From Candidatus Bathyarchaeota archaeon (GTDB lineage Archaea > Thermoproteota > Bathyarchaeia > 40CM-2-53-6): 64,000 nucleotides of DNA. Positions 33,911 through 43,799 of the stretch are shown here, one piece after another (the stretch's first letter is position 1; every line of letters starts with the position of its first letter). The position numbers were made by a program, and so were the translations under genes. Location: NCBI GenBank assembly GCA_963833125.1, contig CAWHWX010000018.1:32001-96000 (forward strand), read 5' to 3'. The notes beneath the pieces are model-generated. The model was not told the origin of the DNA. It ran no database searches and saw nothing but the letters and a program-made list of their open reading frames with translations.

Positions 33911-34881
33911 GTGAATCAACAGTTTTCGCGTTACGCATTAGATGTTAAAGAAAAGAGAAGAAAGATCGAAGAAAAAACTAAGTCGCCACAATCAAAGCTC
34001 ATGTCGGCGGACGAAGCAGTTAGACGGTTCATACACGAAGGCTCCCACGTCACGATTGGGGGATGCCTGTATTCACGAACCCCGACAGCGATCATCCATG
34101 AAATCATTAGACAGAAAGTCAGTGGGCTTACAATCTCGCGAAGCCTTCTTGGAATGGAAGGCGATTTGCTTGTTGGCGCATCCTTGCTGAGAAGGGCAAT
34201 TACGAGCTGGTGGAGCGTGGGTTACGCTTGGGGGATCTCTCCGTAATGCGTAAGGCCGTGGAAGAACAACGTGTTACATTCGAAGAGTGGAGTCATCTTT
34301 CACTCGGCCTCCGGTACAGAGCAGCGGCTATGGGGGTTACTTTCTTGCCTAGCTTCTCAATGCTCGGTTCGGACCTTCAGAGAGTGAACGCCGTTGAAAC
34401 AATTACTTGCCCATATTCTGGAGAAAAGGTGCTGGCTGTGCCAGCACTCTACCCGGACGTAGGAATCATTCACGCGCAAGTAGCTGACGAAGCCGGCAAC
34501 GTGCAAGTAGGCGGATACGAGTTCATGGACCAAGACATCGCTCAGGCCTCAGAAAGAGTCATAGTGACCGTGGAAAAGATCGTCAACTCGAAGGATATCA
34601 GAAGACATTCTGATAGGACGACCATTCCATTCTTCTGCGTCGACGCGATAGTGAAAGTACCATTTGGGGCTTACCCGAGCGAATGCTGGAATCTATATGA
34701 GGCAGATTTCGATCACTTTGCTCAGTTCACCGAGCGAACCAACAAGAATGGGATAGATGGGGCCTCGGATTACCTTAAGGAATTTGTTTACGGCACAGAA
34801 TCCTCTCAGGAGTTCTTGAAAAAGATTGGCTCAACTAAACTGAAGAAATTGAAGAGGAACATGCAAAATGTCATCACCTAA
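33911..34881 (+). CDS. CoA-transferase subunit A (GctA-like), copy 2, frameshifted near 34242
   Basis: Motifs GGCLYSRTP, EEWSH, AAAMGVTFLP, CPYSG and HAQVADEAGN. Confidence 0.85.
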
Positions 34882-35650
34882 GCTCGAGTACTCGAAGTCG
34901 GAATTGATCGCCGTAACAACGGCTAGGCTACTGGAAGACAGGAAGACCATCTTTGTCGGAATAGGCCTACCGATGGCGGCAGCCTTGCTCGCACAATCCA
35001 CACACAGCCCAGATCTATCGATTATGTTCGAAGGCGGCATAATTGCCCCACAACTTAAGCCAGGCAAAATGCCGCTGTCAACCAATGAGGCACGAGCAGG
35101 ACGGAAGGCAATGGCGTTTTGCAGCATCACGGACATTTTCCTGTATCAACAGAGGGGTTTCTTGGATTACGGATTGCTCGGAGCGGCCCAGATAGATAAG
35201 TTCGGAAACCTCAACACATCAGTAATTGGAGATTCCCAAAAACCCAAGGTCAGGCTGCCAGGAAGTGGAGGAGCAAATGATATTGCAACTTCAGCAACTC
35301 GTGTGATTATCTGCGTGGTTCACGAAAAACGTCGTTTCGTAGAGAAAGTCGACTTTGTAACAAGCCCTGGACTGCTGAGCGGAGGAGATTCGAGACGTCA
35401 AGCAGGGTTGATCTTTGGGGGACCGTACAAAGTTGTAACGGACTTAGGAATCTTGGGCTTCGATTCAACGACGAAAGCGTTGAGGTTGGAAGCGGTTCAA
35501 GATGGAGTCGAACCTAACACTGTCTTGGAAAACACAGGATTCCATCTTCCCGTCGCAAGCCAAATTCAACAAATATCCCCTCCAAGTAAGCATGAACTTA
35601 AGATTCTGAGAGCAGTTGACCCTGAGAAAGTTATGGTGCGTGGAGGTTAA
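34868..35650 (+). CDS. CoA-transferase subunit B (GctB-like), copy 2
   Basis: Motifs FEGG, AAQIDKFGNLNTS, RLPGSGGANDIA and DFVTSPG. Confidence 0.9.
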   Translation: MSSPKLEYSKSELIAVTTARLLEDRKTIFVGIGLPMAAALLAQSTHSPDLSIMFEGGIIAPQLKPGKMPLSTNEARAGRKAMAFCSITDIFLYQQRGFLDYGLLGAAQIDKFGNLNTSVIGDSQKPKVRLPGSGGANDIATSATRVIICVVHEKRRFVEKVDFVTSPGLLSGGDSRRQAGLIFGGPYKVVTDLGILGFDSTTKALRLEAVQDGVEPNTVLENTGFHLPVASQIQQISPPSKHELKILRAVDPEKVMVRGG

Positions 35651-35655
35651 GTTTG

Positions 35656-36928
35656 ATGAGTAATCCGAGGGAAGCAGTATCTTCGTACATCGATAAGAAC
35701 CGCGAGGAAGTTGTGGAATTTCTACGTAAACTCATCTCATTTCCCAGTGTTACTGGTAACGAGAGGGAAATTCAAATTTTCATTTCGAACTGGTTGAAAG
35801 ATTCGTTACACGTCAAGGTCGATGTCTGGGAGCCGAAAATCGAAGAACTTAGGAAACATCCGGGATATGTCCCGGTGGATAAAGACTACAAGGATAGGCC
35901 GAACGTGGTTGGCCTGTATACGGGAGATGGGTTAGGCCGTTCCCTTCTTTTCAACGGCCACGTAGACGTCATACCTGCAGGGGCGAGTGATACGTGGAAT
36001 ACCGATCCCTGGATTGGGACGATCCGGGAAGGAAAGCTCCACGGGCGTGGCGCTTCGGACATGAAAGCTGGTCTGGCAGGTTACACTATGGCTATGAACG
36101 CAATAATCAAGTCCGGATTGAAGCTAAAGGGAGATGTAATCCTAGAATACACGGTCGATGAGGAACTCAGCGGAAACGGAACACTCGCTTGCGTCACAAG
36201 GGGCTACAAGGCAGATGCAGGGATCAGTGGAGAGACTAGCAGTATGTACGTACAACCGGCCTGCATCGGCCGAATATGGTATGAGATCTACGTGAAAGGG
36301 AGACCAGCAGGGATTCAAACGCAATGGGATGGAGTCAATGCGATCGATAAGGGCTACGCAGTTACAAAGGCTGTTTCGGATTTCCAGGAAATACGTATGG
36401 GAAAAGTCAAACATCACCTTTACCCGAATATTAGAGAAACGATTCCTTGTCTAGTAGGAGTTTTTCAGTCTGGTTCCTATCCCAGTGCTTTCCCAGACTC
36501 ATGCCTCCTCAAGGGCAGCATGGCAACCGTGCCTGGAGAAAATTCTGACGAAGTCAAGAAACAGTTCAGTGAACACTTGAAAGCGGCCGCAATGGCCGAT
36601 CCCTGGTTGAAGGACCACATTCCAACGGTCAAGTACACCGGATATTTCGCAGAACCATCCGAGATACCAACCAATCATGAGATTGTGAAATGTCTGAGAT
36701 CAGCATACAAGGAGGCTTTGGGCGAAGAAGCCGATGTCAGCGGAAGGACTGGCGCCGCGGACATAAGATTCCTCAACAAGTATGGCGGCACGCCCACCGT
36801 AATATTCGGCCCTGGCCCCACCGATCAGATGCATGCCACGAACGAATATGTGAGAGTAGATGATTTGATAGCGGCAACGAAAGTCTACGCAGTTAGCTAT
36901 ACTGGACTGGTGCGCAGTCGTCGCGTGA
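35656..36928 (+). CDS. M20 family ArgE/DapE-like amidohydrolase (3' frameshift at ~36890)
   Basis: Motifs FNGHVDVIP, GRGASDMKAG, VDEE and FGPG..QMHATNE. The corrected end is ...ALAILDWCAVVA*. Confidence 0.88.
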
Positions 36929-36944
36929 AGAGCTGGACGATTCA

Positions 36945-37902
36945 ATGGCACGGATCAAGTTCGGATTAACATTACAGAACTACGTTGCACCTGGAGAGAC
37001 GATTAGCCCTAAGACGCTAATCAAACACGCAATCAGAGCCGAGGAATTGTGCTTTTCCTCAGTCTGGGTTTGGGACCATATATTACTCGGATCGAAGAGT
37101 GTCTTTCCCGTTCACGACTCGTTGACCATGCTAACCGCTGTAGCGGTGAGAACAGATAGAGTCAGGCTTGGAACAGGGATATTGGTTCTCTCGATCAGAA
37201 ACCCAGTGGTCCTAACCAAACAGGTAGCAACACTAGACAACCTAAGCGAAGGGCGGGTTACACTTGGAGTTGCCGCTGGTTGGTACGAGCGAGAGTTTCA
37301 AGCGTGCGGGTACCCGTTTGACACTCGTGGCCGAACGCTTCAAACGAATATTGAGATCATGAAACGTTTATGGACCGAGAACGGAGTGACTGGCCAGTAC
37401 GGCCAATATTCATTCAAAAACGTAACCATGGAACCTAAACCATTCCAGAAACCTCATCCACCTCTTTGGATGGGAGGATACGTTGACTCGGTTTTGCGTC
37501 GAGTGGGTAAGCTAGCTGACGGATGGATATCGTACTTCTACACGCCGAAAAGTTTCGAGAAGAGTTGGTTAAAGGTACTTGAAAGCGCGAAATCGTCAGT
37601 GCAAGAACGTCGACACATTTGGAAACTGTGACATGGTCCCCATCAGGATCGATCGGAGTCAAGCGGAAGCGCGACGTGTAACGAACGAATTCATAGCGGG
37701 CCATTGTGATTTGCCCAAATGGAGCGAAGCCACACCCGACAGCGCAATAATCGGCACAGTCAAAGAATGCGCGAACATGGTCGAATCCTTCGCCAAGGCA
37801 GGCGTACAGGAACTCGTATTGATGCCTTCCGTAGCCCAACTCTCAGAGATAGACGAGCAGATAGAAGTATGTGGCAAGGAGCTGATACCGTCCTTCTCGT
37901 AA
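36945..37902 (+). CDS. LLM-class flavin/F420-dependent oxidoreductase, frameshifted near 37600
   Basis: Motifs WVWDH, VRLGTGIL and PKPFQKPHPPLWMGG. The C-terminus is in ORF 37579..37902. Confidence 0.85.
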
Positions 37903-37903
37903 G

Positions 37904-38186
37904 TTAGCCGCCGTCGATAACACCGAATAGAACAACATCGTCACCATTCGTCAACTGAGTCGTCAGAGCGACAGTTTCCTTTCCATTTACAAATATCTTG
38001 AATTTAGAATCCAATCTTCCGTCGTGGCCGATAATTTCCTCCTCCAATCGTCCTGAGGTCATCTCATTCAATGTCGCAATGAGATCACCAACCGTGCGCC
38101 CATTCGTCTCAACTTGCTGCCTCTTGGTTCCTAGTATCATCTGCCATAAACCGAACAGCGCTCACATTGACAGATATGGAACTCAA
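37904..38186 (-). CDS. SAMP/MoaD/ThiS ubiquitin-like sulfur carrier (frameshift at ~38158)
   Basis: Motifs TVGDLI, KIFVNG, GDDVVLF and C-terminal GG. The N-terminus is restored from TTG 38186 by removing one base. Confidence 0.85.
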
Positions 38187-38405
38187 TCTCGCACAGACTC
38201 CTTCACAAAATGTCGACCGCTATCTGATGCCTCTTCATGACCAGTCACACTCTATATTCATCGAGCGAGGCATTTACTTTTCCCGATTTTCATTGGACGT
38301 TCGATTGCGGTTATGTGCGCAGTAACAACAAACAACTCTAGGAGATATTCTAGAGTTACGTTAATTAGAACACGCCCGATAGGGTGATTCTAATTCGGTG
38401 AATTC

Positions 38406-40701
38406 ATGCAAACTCTTGAGGGCATTCAACGATCAAATAACGAGGAAACACGCGTTGACGCTTTACAGAAAGTGCTCGGCAAGACCAGGTACACTACTGA
38501 CATGATTGAGCAAACGGCACTTTACCTAAGGCTTGTTCGTTCCCCACACGCCCACGCCATTGTCAAGAGGATTGACTTTTCAGCTGCAGAGAAAATCAGC
38601 GGCGTAGTGAAGGTTGTAACTGGTAAGGATGTCCCAGGAGCTAACGAGGTAGGCTTCTTCATACAAGACCAACCATTGTTCTGCGATCATAAAGTGAGGT
38701 TCGTCGGCGACACCGTCGCCATGGTGATCGCTACGACTCCCGAGGCCGCTGAAATTGGCGTCGAAGCGGTAACGGTGGATTACGAACCGCTCCCAGCAGT
38801 CTACGATCCTCAGGAAGCTCTGAAGAGCGACGCGGCGAAAATCCATGAGAAAGGTAACTTTCTCGATAGCTTCTTGGTTAGAAAGGGGGATGTTGAGAAA
38901 GGATTTCGCGAAGCCGATGTGGTGGTTAATGGCACCTATCAGACTCCTGTCCAAGAGCAAGCGTATCTTGAGACTGAGGCCGCCTTGGCGTATCCGATAC
39001 CTGATGGTATCGCCGTCCTCGGCTCGATGCAATGCCCCTTTGCTGTAGAAAAGGCCGTAAAGGTCGTTCTTGGAAAAGCTGTTTCCAATGTCCGCATAAT
39101 TCTGGCGCCAACAGGTGGAGCATTTGGCGGGAAGGAGGATGCTCCGGACGAGGTTTGTGCTAGAGCTGCTCTGGCCACTTATCTTACCAAGAAACCTGCG
39201 CTTCTTGCCTTTTCGCGTGAAGAATCCACAATCTTCCATCCCAAGCGACATCCCATCAGAATTGAGAGAAAGATGGGAGTTACTCGTAAGGGGAAAATTA
39301 CGGCGGTTGAAGCCAACATTTTGCTTGACGGAGGAGCATACGCATCACTGAGCTCACGAGTCCTTTTCCAGTCCGTGTGCTTGGTCTCAGGCGCGTACGA
39401 TGTTCCTAACGTGCAGGTAGATGGAGCGGTTGCTTACACGAATAAAGTTCCGATGGGCGCATTCCGAGGTTTCGGTAAGCCTCAAGCACTCTTCGCCGCA
39501 GAGCTCCAGATGGATGAGGCCGCTGAGCAGCTGCATATGGACCCGTTTGAATTCAGACGCAATAACATCCTTCGAGTTGGATCAAAGACGGCCACCGGGC
39601 AATTACTCTCTAGTAGCGTTGGCCTCGAAGAATGTTTGCTAAAAGCTGCGGAGGAGTCCGGATGGAAGAACAAGAGGCAGTTGTATTCGAAACCACAGGT
39701 TGGCGAGTTGCGTCGTGGCATTGGCATGGCCTGCATGATTCACCCGACGAGCCTAGGGCCGCTTGGCGTAGACGTTGGATCTGGAATTGTTCAAGTCACC
39801 CAAGATGGGACGGTGCAAGTATTCACCGGGATGACTGAGTATGGTCAAGGGATCTACACCGGTTTCGTGAAGATCGTCGCCAAGGATACTGGGTCTGAAG
39901 AATACGAAGATCAACGTCGAGATGGTGGATACGAATCTGGCGTTGGATTCAGGTCCCACGGTAGCTTCCAGAAGCACCGTCATGGGCGGCAAGGCGCTCT
40001 ATCTAGCGGCAATTCAACTTAAAGACAAAATGGCGCGAGTAGCCGCAGAGTCCCTATCTTGCAAACCAGAAGACCTACTCTGGGAAAATGATGTGATAAA
40101 GCAAAGGTCGGGCACGAAAGAGTTGACCTTCGCTGAACTCGTGAACGAATGCCGACGCAAAGGACTTGACCTCAAGGAAGAAGCCTGGAACCGTGCAACT
40201 GGCATCAACTGGGATAAGGAAAAGGGGGAGGGTTCGCCTTGGAAGTCGTATTCATGGGCTGTTCACGTCGCGGAAGTTCAGGTTGACGTTGAAACCGGAA
40301 AAGTGGACTTGCTGAACTATGTAGCCGCTCATGATTCTGGCACCGTGATTCTTCCAACTCAATTCAAGAGCCAGATTTACGGTGGTGTCGTTCAAGGTCT
40401 CGGATACGCCTTGATGGAGGAGCTTCTTATCGGGAATAAAGGGCAAATCATGAACCCCGGATTCCTCGACTACTACATCCCAACCTTCGCGGACGTCTCA
40501 ACAATCAAACCGATTCTGGTCGAGGCTCCTGACTTAGAAAACGGACCGTTTGGAGCGAAGGGGATAGGTGAACCGCCAATCGAGCCAGTTGCTGCCGCAG
40601 TCGGTAACGCTGTCTACAACGCCCTCGGATTTCCAATTCGAACATTCCCTTACACCCCAGAGCGGGTTCAGACAGCTCTTGCGGCAAGAGATAGCTCATG
40701 A
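38406..40701 (+). CDS. Xanthine dehydrogenase-family molybdopterin subunit, frameshifted near 39883
   Basis: Motifs QEQAYLE, GGAFGGKED, AFRGFGKPQ, DSGPTVASR and GPFGAKGIGE. Confidence 0.9.
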
Positions 40702-41597
40702 AATCATTCCAATACCTAGCCCCCATTGCTCCGTTCAACTACCTAAGACCAAACGACATGACTGAATTACTCGACGCGATGACCCAGTATGGTTCAAAGG
40801 CAAAGTTGATCGCGGGCGGTACCGACCTTACCATCGCCCTAAAACACCGCTCGATCCACCCCGAAACAATAATCGATCTTAACCGGCTTCGGCCCACTTT
40901 ATCCGGAATAACGCTGACTAAGAACAGTCTGCGAATCGGTGCTATGACAACCTACACGGAACTTGAACTAAACCCGAATGTCAAACGTTTTGCGAGGGCT
41001 TTGAGTGAGGCTGCTTCACAAGTTGGAACTTATCAGATCAGGAATCTCGGAACGATCGGAGCGAATCTAGCCAATGGTTCTCCAGCCGCCGACACGGCGC
41101 CTCCGCTCATCACCCTCTCGGCGAAAGTAAACATGCAAGCCAAAAGTGGAGAGAGAACAATGCTCGTAGAAGATTTCTTCACAGGGGTAAAGAAGACAGC
41201 GATCCGCCCCGATGAAGTGATTACTTCCGTGGAGATTCCTCAAACCCAGGGTGTTTCGAGCTACTGGATGCGAGCCGCAAAACGAAATGAGAACGTAATT
41301 TCTGTAGTCTCAGTCGCGGTCGCCTCCGAAGTGAAAGACAAAGACTTCGGAACCAGCAGAATCGCTCTCGGAGCAGTCGCGCCCACTCCAATCCTCGCAA
41401 GGAAAAGCTCTGAGAAACTTACGGGAAGCCCAGTCACTGAAGAGGCAATTGAAGCAGTCGCCAAGACTGCTGGCGATGAAAGCAGGCCAATAACGGATGT
41501 GAGGGCTAGCGCCGAATATAGAAGGCAACTGGTCCGTGTCCTTACAAAGAGGTCCATCAGGAAGGTGGTGGAGATCGCGAGGGGAATCGAGAAATGA
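40698..41597 (+). CDS. Xanthine dehydrogenase-family FAD subunit
   Basis: Motifs IAGGTDL, QIRNLGTIGANLANGSPAAD and DVRASAEYR. Confidence 0.92.
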   Translation: MKSFQYLAPIAPFNYLRPNDMTELLDAMTQYGSKAKLIAGGTDLTIALKHRSIHPETIIDLNRLRPTLSGITLTKNSLRIGAMTTYTELELNPNVKRFARALSEAASQVGTYQIRNLGTIGANLANGSPAADTAPPLITLSAKVNMQAKSGERTMLVEDFFTGVKKTAIRPDEVITSVEIPQTQGVSSYWMRAAKRNENVISVVSVAVASEVKDKDFGTSRIALGAVAPTPILARKSSEKLTGSPVTEEAIEAVAKTAGDESRPITDVRASAEYRRQLVRVLTKRSIRKVVEIARGIEK

Positions 41598-42088
41598 AGC
41601 CCGAACCACTAGTCGAAATAACATGCACCGTCAACAGAACGATCCTCCACAGGAAGATTCTACCGAACCTTACACTCTGTGACTTCTTACATGACGAAGT
41701 CGGCACCACTGGTGTGAAGAAAGGCTGCGACACCGGCGAATGTGGGGCCTGTACCGTCTTAATGGATGGAAAACCTGTCACCTCATGCCTCGTACTAGCT
41801 CCGCAATTGGATGGGCATGAAATCACAACTATCGAAGGATTAGGAAGTGAAACAGCGCTGCATCCGGTTCAGGAGGCGTTCATCGAACTTGACGCGGCCC
41901 AATGCGGATATTGTATCCCAGGCATGATAATGACCGCCTCAGCATTATTGAAAGACAAACCGAACATTACAGAAAGCGAACTCAGACGTTACCTTTCAGG
42001 TAATCTTTGTAGATGCACCGGATATCAACAACAACTCCAAGCAGTCGTGCTGGCCTCCAAAAAGATGATAGGCCGCACGAACAAATGA
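41594..42088 (+). CDS. Xanthine dehydrogenase-family [2Fe-2S] subunit
   Basis: Motifs GCDTGECGACT, QCGYCIPG and GNLCRCTGY. Confidence 0.95.
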   Translation: MKPEPLVEITCTVNRTILHRKILPNLTLCDFLHDEVGTTGVKKGCDTGECGACTVLMDGKPVTSCLVLAPQLDGHEITTIEGLGSETALHPVQEAFIELDAAQCGYCIPGMIMTASALLKDKPNITESELRRYLSGNLCRCTGYQQQLQAVVLASKKMIGRTNK

Positions 42089-42178
42089 ATTAGATTGCTC
42101 CTACGTAAGAATACACCTTGGGCGATGCGATAAAACTCCCACAAAGAAGGCACTGATTGGAGTCAAGGGACGAGCTAA

Positions 42179-42460
42179 ATGGGTAACGCTGATCGAGAAT
42201 TCAACGACAGAAGCGATAATCCTCATCAGGTAAGGACAACGAAGACTCAATTTGCGTCGGGCAGTCAATCAAGTCATTGGCTATTGATTCGCTGCCCCGA
42301 ATGTGACTCCGCTCTTAAAATTGTCCCAAACCAAAAGGAAAGCCCCGATGGTTACGTCTTCGCTGAGTTGGATAAGCACGAACAATGTTCGAATCCAAAT
42401 TGCCGGCTATCTTTCCGGGCGACAGTCGACATAAGCGTCTCAAAGCAACCAACGAAATAA
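42179..42460 (+). CDS. Putative zinc-finger microprotein
   Basis: Cys pairs CPEC and CSNPNC; the next ORF starts 2 nt after its stop. Confidence 0.55.
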   Translation: MGNADREFNDRSDNPHQVRTTKTQFASGSQSSHWLLIRCPECDSALKIVPNQKESPDGYVFAELDKHEQCSNPNCRLSFRATVDISVSKQPTK

Positions 42461-42461
42461 A

Positions 42462-42668
42462 ATGGTTGAAACTGGATTGATCTATAGACACCTCTTGGCT
42501 CTTCAATGTCCATACTGCGGTAGTTCTAACATCATTTCCTCGATGTTCGAAAAACAAGATGGCGCATCAGGCTACTATATTATGGAGACGAAGGGCTCAC
42601 AAACAGATTGTGCCGGGTGCAGCAGAAAATTCTACTACCAGATCCGTGACCTCCACGTAACCCCATAA
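42462..42668 (+). CDS. Putative zinc-finger microprotein
   Basis: Cys pairs CPYCGS and CAGC. Confidence 0.6.
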   Translation: MVETGLIYRHLLALQCPYCGSSNIISSMFEKQDGASGYYIMETKGSQTDCAGCSRKFYYQIRDLHVTP

Positions 42669-42759
42669 CCAAGGGCCCTCTCGAAACCCAAAAAATCAGC
42701 CAGGAAGACGTTTGATGAAAAAGGGGATTTCTCGTAGTTACCGGTACTAGGATCTTCGC

Positions 42760-42912
42760 CTAGTATTTTCGGTGCTTCTGGTAGCAGTCTCTACAGTAGA
42801 CTGGTTTACCAGTTGTTGGCACAAACGGTACTTGCGTATCGGCGCCGCATTCGGAGCATTTGACATTCGTCATTTGCCTCGGGGCACGATCGCTTCTATT
42901 GTCATAACCCAT
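42760..42912 (-). CDS. CxxC-x17-CxxC zinc-binding microprotein (50 aa, absent from the ORF track)
   Basis: Manual translation: MGYDNRSDRAPRQMTNVKCSECGADTQVPFVPTTGKPVYCRDCYQKHRKY*. Confidence 0.9.
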   Translation of the reverse strand: MGYDNRSDRAPRQMTNVKCSECGADTQVPFVPTTGKPVYCRDCYQKHRKY

Positions 42913-43108
42913 TTCGTTTTCCACCGTCCCAATTTTTTAGTTATACGAAAGATAATACTCGCCGCGGTAATCGGCATGACCTTGACGGTCGTCCCATCAT
43001 CCACGCAGGTAAGATCTCCAGTATACCGCCTGCGCAATAGGCAAGACCCCCATAAAAACTGATTCCGCGCTCATGCTTTGAGACAATTGGAGATGGGAGG
43101 CGGAAAAG

Positions 43109-43294
43109 GGTAACGTCAAGTTAACGGTTGTTAAGAGGTTCTTCGCGTTTTCTGTGCGGAATTGAATGGGGTGGATCCACCCCTCGAGGGGTGGTGCCAA
43201 ACGGTGCCAAACGAAGGACACCCTCGCCCCATTCTACGCCTCAATCCCCTCAAACGAAGCGATTTGCAGCAGCAACCAACAAGTTGACGTTACC
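43109..43294. mobile_element. IS6-like miniature element or internally deleted IS remnant (186 bp)
   Basis: Terminal inverted repeats GGTAACGTCAAGTT and AAGTTGACGTTACC (13/14 match). The 8-bp flanks CGGAAAAG and CCAAAAAG match at 6/8. No transposase is present. Confidence 0.6.
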
Positions 43295-43455
43295 CCAAAA
43301 AGGAAGGCAAACATGCCTCATTTCCCTGGTCGCCATAGCATTCCTAATACGCTTTCTGAGAGGGGGATGGTTCTTTCAGGAAGTTTTTACGAAGTAGGAG
43401 AGGAAGGATTAAATGCGCATGTGAATGCAGGCCCGCAATTCGGTTGTAGTCTAGT

Positions 43456-43776
43456 ATGCAGTTTTGCTCGAAATGTAGTCTTGCGCTCGTTCCAACCAAG
43501 AAGGAAAAAGTGGTTGTGCTAGCTTGCCCTAAATGCGGGGAAGAAACTAGACGGTCGGTTCCGGTTGTGCAGAAGCTCGGAACGGCTAAGGAATCCGTCG
43601 TGGTAATCGGTAAGAATGAGAACCTGCAGACGCTGCCGAAGATGAAGGTTAGCTGCCAAAAATGCGGGCACGGCGAAGCGTTCTATTGGATGGTTCAGAC
43701 TCGGGGTGGGGATGAAGCCTCGACCCAGTTCTTCAAATGTACGAAGTGCGGGTGGACGTGGCGAGAGTATTCGTGA
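43456..43776 (+). CDS. tfs: Transcription factor S (TFS/RpoM family)
   Basis: Two zinc ribbons with QTRGGDEASTQFFKCTKCGWTWREY. Confidence 0.92.
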   Translation: MQFCSKCSLALVPTKKEKVVVLACPKCGEETRRSVPVVQKLGTAKESVVVIGKNENLQTLPKMKVSCQKCGHGEAFYWMVQTRGGDEASTQFFKCTKCGWTWREYS

Positions 43777-43799
43777 AGGAATCCAGGTAAGTTTGGGCC

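Noticed and set aside
38580-39251. Long antisense and alternate-frame ORFs (e.g. 38580..39251, 19259..19783, 5283..5684)
   Set aside because: They overlap better-supported genes and show no motifs, so they are treated as shadow ORFs.
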